Of a DNA stretch of 64,000 nt, positions 58,761 through 64,000 are shown piece by piece. The DNA comes from Balanoglossus misakiensis (taxonomy: Eukaryota; Animalia; Hemichordata): assembly GCA_040954595.2 (NCBI GenBank), contig CM082591.2, forward strand, positions 8,174,047-8,238,046, read 5' to 3'. The notes beneath the pieces were generated by a model. That model had not been told where the DNA came from and made no database searches. It saw only the letters and a list, made by a program, of their open reading frames with translations. The translations under genes were made by a program, and so were the position numbers. The number at the start of each line of letters is the position of its first letter. The first letter of the stretch is position 1.

Positions 58761-60940
58761 ACAATGTGGGGAGACAAGTTTCAGTTTAGCGTCTGAACTA
58801 GAATGTGATTGCTACCAGTACATATCGTCGGATCAGGACGTTTGCAAGCGCTAAAATATATATCTGAAAGGGAAGGCAGTTTTATCAAGTTACTTATATA
58901 AAGAACAATACATTTCTTTTGGTCCAAAGACGGGCAAGTGAAACGGAATGGTGGACAGGCACAGGCAAAAATAGATTCATGCCTGTGGTCATCCTTACGC
59001 CGATTCTGAATTTTGTTTGACGAATGTGTTTATGGTATATGCAAATAATGCTTTTCGAGTAGGCGGAAGTTAGTTGAGCCTTGAGGTGTGACAACATGTA
59101 TGCCTGGTATTTGACAGGGGCTGTTGGTTTAAATAGAAACTTGATAGTTTGTGTTTTAATAATAAATTCACATATATAATGAATTTTTGTACTACTAAGA
59201 AAATGTAGGGGAGTATACAATTGATACATAATAAACTGGATTTAATTATAAAAGTCAATATTGTCATGTACTCCAGTCTGATTGACCTAAAAATACTCCT
59301 ATAGAGCTCACTGTGTATAAATTATATAGTAGAAACTATTTTATAGTAGTCAGAAACTATAAGTGTGTCTTTAGTTTATCCTTGCCTATAACATGTATAA
59401 GAATGATATTTGTAATGACACCAAGTGTATACAAGAAATTTGCCCTTGACTTGACAGTGACAGAAAAATTGATGATTTTGAAAATTAGTTTATAATGGAT
59501 TATCAATATCAAAAATTTAAATGGCAGGAAGATGGTAACTAAATTTTGTATCTCTGACCATAATCTGAAAATTGAGATTGGGAGATCAGAGGTTTGTCAT
59601 TTTTGTAGAAAATACATTTCATTATACAGTGAAACTTTTCAAAAGTGCACACCAAAGGGACTGAAAATATTAATATTGTTAAGTTTGTAGAGGTGTCTGG
59701 TTTAAAAAGATTCTGGTAATGTGCTTTTATGAGAAGGGACTGAAGAGTGTTCGGTATAGTCAGGTTTCCAGATTAGATAGGGTTCGGTTTAGATAGATTT
59801 TACTGTATCATCAAATGTAGCAAATAGACTGTGGACAGCTGGTTGTGCCATTTTGGCCATCATTGTTTCGTGTACTAAACTGTGCAAAATTGTTACTGTT
59901 CAGCTGACACGAGCGAGTCAGAAGAGACATTGATATGTGAATGGGGAGGGGAGAAATGACAGAATGACATATTTTATGACATGCAATACTCAAGCACATA
60001 CAAAATATATTTGATGTCTGTCTGGTTGATAATCATCGCAGCATAATGCCATTACCAATATATTAAGAAAATTAATTTTATGATCCATATACTGTCCTCT
60101 TTGGAACCTGATAGTAATTCTCTAAAAGAGGAAAAACACACTTATTCATAACACCACTCTTGTTAGTTTCTTAAAATTGATACAATTTAATATACTTTGA
60201 ATTTTAGACAAAACAATTTACATGTATACAATGTAGGTACATAAAAAATCATCTGATACAAAATTACATTCAAATTGTCAAAGTTACAAAAGTTCAGGTA
60301 TAACCAAAAAGTATCAAAAATACTCTATAGCAATAGTGAAGTAATAATCAAAATCTCAAGTTTGGTTTAAGATTTACTCGACGGTATACAAATTAAGAAA
60401 CTGACCAAAGAAAACCGTCCAAATTGTCAGTTTTCCTTCGGAAATGTCAGAGATAGCTGATAAAACAGGTGCTCAGCCTGGCTAATTAAATATTCACGGA
60501 CCGTGCCAAAGCGATCGGATAACCCGAAATTCGGATAATCGGTGTTCGGATAACCGATGTTCAACTGTACTAGCAGAGTCACTTAAAGGTATACGGTCCC
60601 CTATGCAAATATCTCTACAGTTACCATGGCAAATTGAGATCTAGCCAATCACAGATTTTCAGTGGGTGGCACACACGAAAAAAGAGCGCCACCATATGTT
60701 CTTTAGTACCCTAAAATATGCCATTTCCGACATATATGGGCGTATATAAATTGGAGGTGACTGTATACCTTTAAACTTCCTGTATGTTTACCACAAAGTA
60801 CTAGTGTTTGTGAATTACCCTAAACTGCCCTACATATAAATGAGTCTGGAAATTGTCTCTCTTGATTTTAATATTCTATATAGATACAACTATTCCTACA
60901 AGAAAGAATGGTCAAAAATGTTAAGTACTATTAAATTATG

Positions 60941-62079
60941 TTAATTTATTCTTATAAATTCGTAATTAGCAGAAAATCCTCCAAATGTGTTTACTACATC
61001 TGTTGTGAAGGTGACCACCAATGTGCTGCTTGTTGATATCACCATACCATTAGGTCCGCCGCCACAGATTCTAGAAATGATAAACAAACGCTAAATTAAA
61101 AGGGTGTATTTCTGTATTAATGCTGTCCTTAACCCTTTGAATGCTACATACCTTTTCTCTGTCAAAATATGGTATATAATTTTTACATTTTCACACATTT
61201 TTCTCCAAAGTTTTCCCCGTAATTTTAGACCAAGTGGGTGTAATTGTCCACTGTCTTTAGGTCTTTTAGCAAAATTTGAGAAAAAATGTGAAATAAGTTA
61301 TGACAGGTTATTTTCTGAAAGATGACAACAAGTTGACTATGGCATTGAAAGGGTTAAAGGGCGACGATCGTCTTATGCGCATGTGCCAAAGCAGAGACTC
61401 TGGTTACAAAAATTGTGGTACAGGCAACGCCATAAGGCAGTGTACTGTCCTCACAATTAACAGACAAGACGGCTGTCACACAAATGTGAAATAGACTGTT
61501 CATTAACTTGCATTCCGTGTTGTATTATACAAGTGTTCAACATGTACCGGTATCTTCACATTCAGGGGCAAATATAACAGTGCATTATGCTCTATTCAGC
61601 CATTGGCTTGCATAAATTAAAACAGACTCTCAACCAATCACAACAATGTATCTGTGGCCATGTTTCACTGATAAAATAAAATTAATTATTCAAGCCCTAG
61701 CTATACAAAAACTTACCTAGCTGGTGTGTCCCATTCAGATCCAAGTAATATCTCAACATAGTCATGTAAACATTCATGAATTTGGTCTCTTCCCGACCTG
61801 TAAACTTCAAAGTCGTTGAAGGTCAGCTTTATACGGTATTCTGATGGTGCCTATTAAAGAATATGTAAAATGAGGTGTTGATTATTGGGATATTGATTAT
61901 GAGAAGAGAAATTCTTTGTTTGAATTCAAGGAAGAAATTGTGCCTTTAGGGACAGATTTTTAGAAACATAGCATTATCCAGGACACTGTGGTCTCATTTG
62001 GAAACAATTGCACAGAAAGTGGTTTACATTGAATTGCATACAGACAGACAGACATGCAGTTGGACAAGTACCGGTATAC

Positions 62080-62125
<46 letters not shown>

Positions 62126-63821
62126 TGATAAACTGATCAACAGCAAGGCAATGATAACTTCACTTGAACAAAATCCTATCTACACACACCAAATATCGAG
62201 GTGATACGCCCAGCGGTTTCAAAGTTTTTGATATGGATCGATGGACATCAAAAATTTACATATTGGTACATTCATAAGGTTCCAATGGTATGTATAAATA
62301 TACCAAATGGGACCTAAAATAGACAATAGATACAGATAGTGGATCTTTAAAGGGACAAAGTCTCGTGTCTATAAGCAGGATGGAATTTGTGTGTGGTTGA
62401 ATGTTGATTCACTATAAATTCACATTTAAAATAACATAAACGGTTTCTTGTATCAAACATAATTAATGGAAAAAGGGCTGCGAGAGAAAGACTTTGTCCC
62501 TTTAAGAGTTTCAAGGTTAGCACATAAAATCAAAAGTATATCCAAACCAGGTAAACTGGACTCTTACCTGTATAGTCCATTGACAGTTAAGATTGTTGAA
62601 GTAATTATCAGGATAACCAGGTGATGTGAATGATCCCTTTGGTCTGGTGAATATCTCTTGGCACAACACTGCAAGTGAAAGCGACAAAATGATCTATAGT
62701 TACCCACGTGAGTCTGGTTGTGTATGTACAACAGTTCTGGAGTACAAACCTTGGTACAAAACCCCCAGCGAGTTGGAGTCTTATATTTAAGACTACACTT
62801 ATTCTGGCAAATTTACATAGGTTTACACTTTGTGCTAGGGGGTCAAATCACATTATACTAATTGCATTCTGGGTAAAAAGTCGACAACCCACTGTAGTAA
62901 CAGATAGAAGAAATGATCATATGTTTACTTTTTTCATGACTTCTATTGGTCAAACATGACTGTCTTTGTAGTTAGCATACTACAAATGTAAAACTCATTA
63001 AATTTTTTCACATTTTGTTATTTTTTCTATAACAAGTTTCAGAATGACCGAGTATCACTTTACTCTTTTGCTTATAAACTCCCAAAAATTGGCCATCTTG
63101 AAATTGTGTCGACCATATCAGATTTCCATCACTCACTTAGGTAGCTTAAAACCTATTTAAGGTAGGGAGAATTGTACAAAAGTGTTTTACGGTATTTAGA
63201 GTCTGCATGTGTAGAAAAACAAGTCATTACCAGGTGTTGGTGGCACATTGACTGCAGCTGTGGTTGGCAGTCGAATTCCTCCAATAGGACTAGGGGTAAC
63301 CGCTCCATCAGAAACTATATTAGTGCATGTATTTCTGGAACTGATGGCTGCATACCAGGCTTTGAATCCTCGTTTAGCTTCTGAGAAATCTGACACAAAC
63401 ACGACTTCCATCTGATGGCCAGTGGATGTGAAACAAGGTGGCAACTGATAGCCGCAATACCTAAAAATAATATTTTATATTAAAACAGTTAAAGGCAAAA
63501 ATTTTAATCTGAAGTGGAAGATAAGAGATTAAAGTAACACAACAAGAGAGCCAGATATCCAGACAATAGACAGGTTGACCAAAACATATCGAGGAATTTT
63601 CCACATTAGCCCGGCTTTGAGTTCAAACTCATGACGGCTGTATGAGGGCGCTAGACTTATGAAAAAGGTGCACTTGACAGCACTTACTTGAAACCACCAT
63701 CTGGAGGATCGTCCATGTTCCTCAAGGTAACAGAATCATAACGACATGGATCTCTGAGATAGCTAGAACGTTCAAGTTCAAAGTCCTCAAATATGAAAGC
63801 AATTTTCTGACCAGGTAAAAC
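60941..63821 (-). CDS. 3' part of a CUB-domain protein ending CUB - Pro/Thr linker - CUB with no TM (SpAN/BP10- or tolloid-like); continues beyond the window
   Basis: Minus-strand exons 63821-63688, 63460-63231, 62668-62568, 61850-61717, 61070-60941 with consistent phases. Translations include KIAFIFEDFELE...CRYDSV...KYCGYQLP...VVFVSDFSEAKRGFKAWY and GSFTSPGYPDNYFNNLNCQWTIQAPSEYRIKLTFNDFEV...CLHDYVEI...RICGG...LVVTFTTD...GGFSANYEFIRIN-stop. Confidence 0.88.
61133..61353. mobile_element. piggyBac-like MITE (ccctttgaatgc...gcattgaaaggg), TTAA TSD
   Basis: TTAA at 61129-61132 and at 61354-61357 (the latter shared with a family M fragment). Confidence 0.7.
62081..62122 (+). repeat. (CAGA)n microsatellite
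   Basis: About 10 uninterrupted CAGA units. Confidence 0.95.
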
Positions 63822-64000
63822 CTGAAAGAAAAGAAGAAAAAAACAACATATATCTTAAATGTTTTGATCACTGTAAATTAGAGAAAAAAACACAGAATTT
63901 CACTGATGTAGTTACCCAGTTTTGTCATGCAAAGCGTACGAATAAACGGACAACAATTAATGTGAACTATCGCGGGGTATAAACTTATACCCTTTCTAAT

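Noticed and set aside
1-64000. Prokaryotic-type system (CRISPR array, operon, defence island)
   Set aside because: The genes are spliced with GT-AG introns. The repeats are dispersed TIR/TSD elements, not regularly spaced repeat-spacer arrays.

Overview
Eukaryotic, AT-rich, intron-rich animal DNA with no sign of operons, rRNA/tRNA or CRISPR. Gene and repeat style suggest a marine invertebrate deuterostome such as a hemichordate (inference only). Most ORFs in the six-frame track are spurious; the real genes are spliced and I rebuilt them by hand from GT-AG boundaries with consistent phases. (1) An LRP4 orthologue on +, 33 coding exons at 15217-38799: 8 LDLa, 2 EGF, 4 x (YWTD propeller + EGF), stalk, TM, NPxY, C-terminal ETEI. 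Its signal-peptide exon is not securely located. (2) A 566-aa Death domain / Pro-rich linker / SEFIR adaptor on - (Act1/CIKS/TRAF3IP2-like) at 55173-50620, with a probable 5' non-coding exon near 58.6 kb. (3) The 3' five exons of a secreted-type protein ending CUB - Pro/Thr linker - CUB on - at 63821-60941, possibly SpAN/BP10- or tolloid-like. Introns and intergenic DNA are full of short non-autonomous DNA transposons (TTAA-, TA-, TWA- and 9-10 bp-TSD classes, plus a Helentron-like element), many nested or abutting. The strongest leads are: the Death-SEFIR adaptor; a splice donor formed by a transposon end; minimal AcademH-like hairpin elements; TACATGTA excision footprints; an alternative LRP4 acceptor that would remove the PDZ tail; and possible decayed Ig-domain exons. 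I found no evidence for a wholly new multi-gene system.
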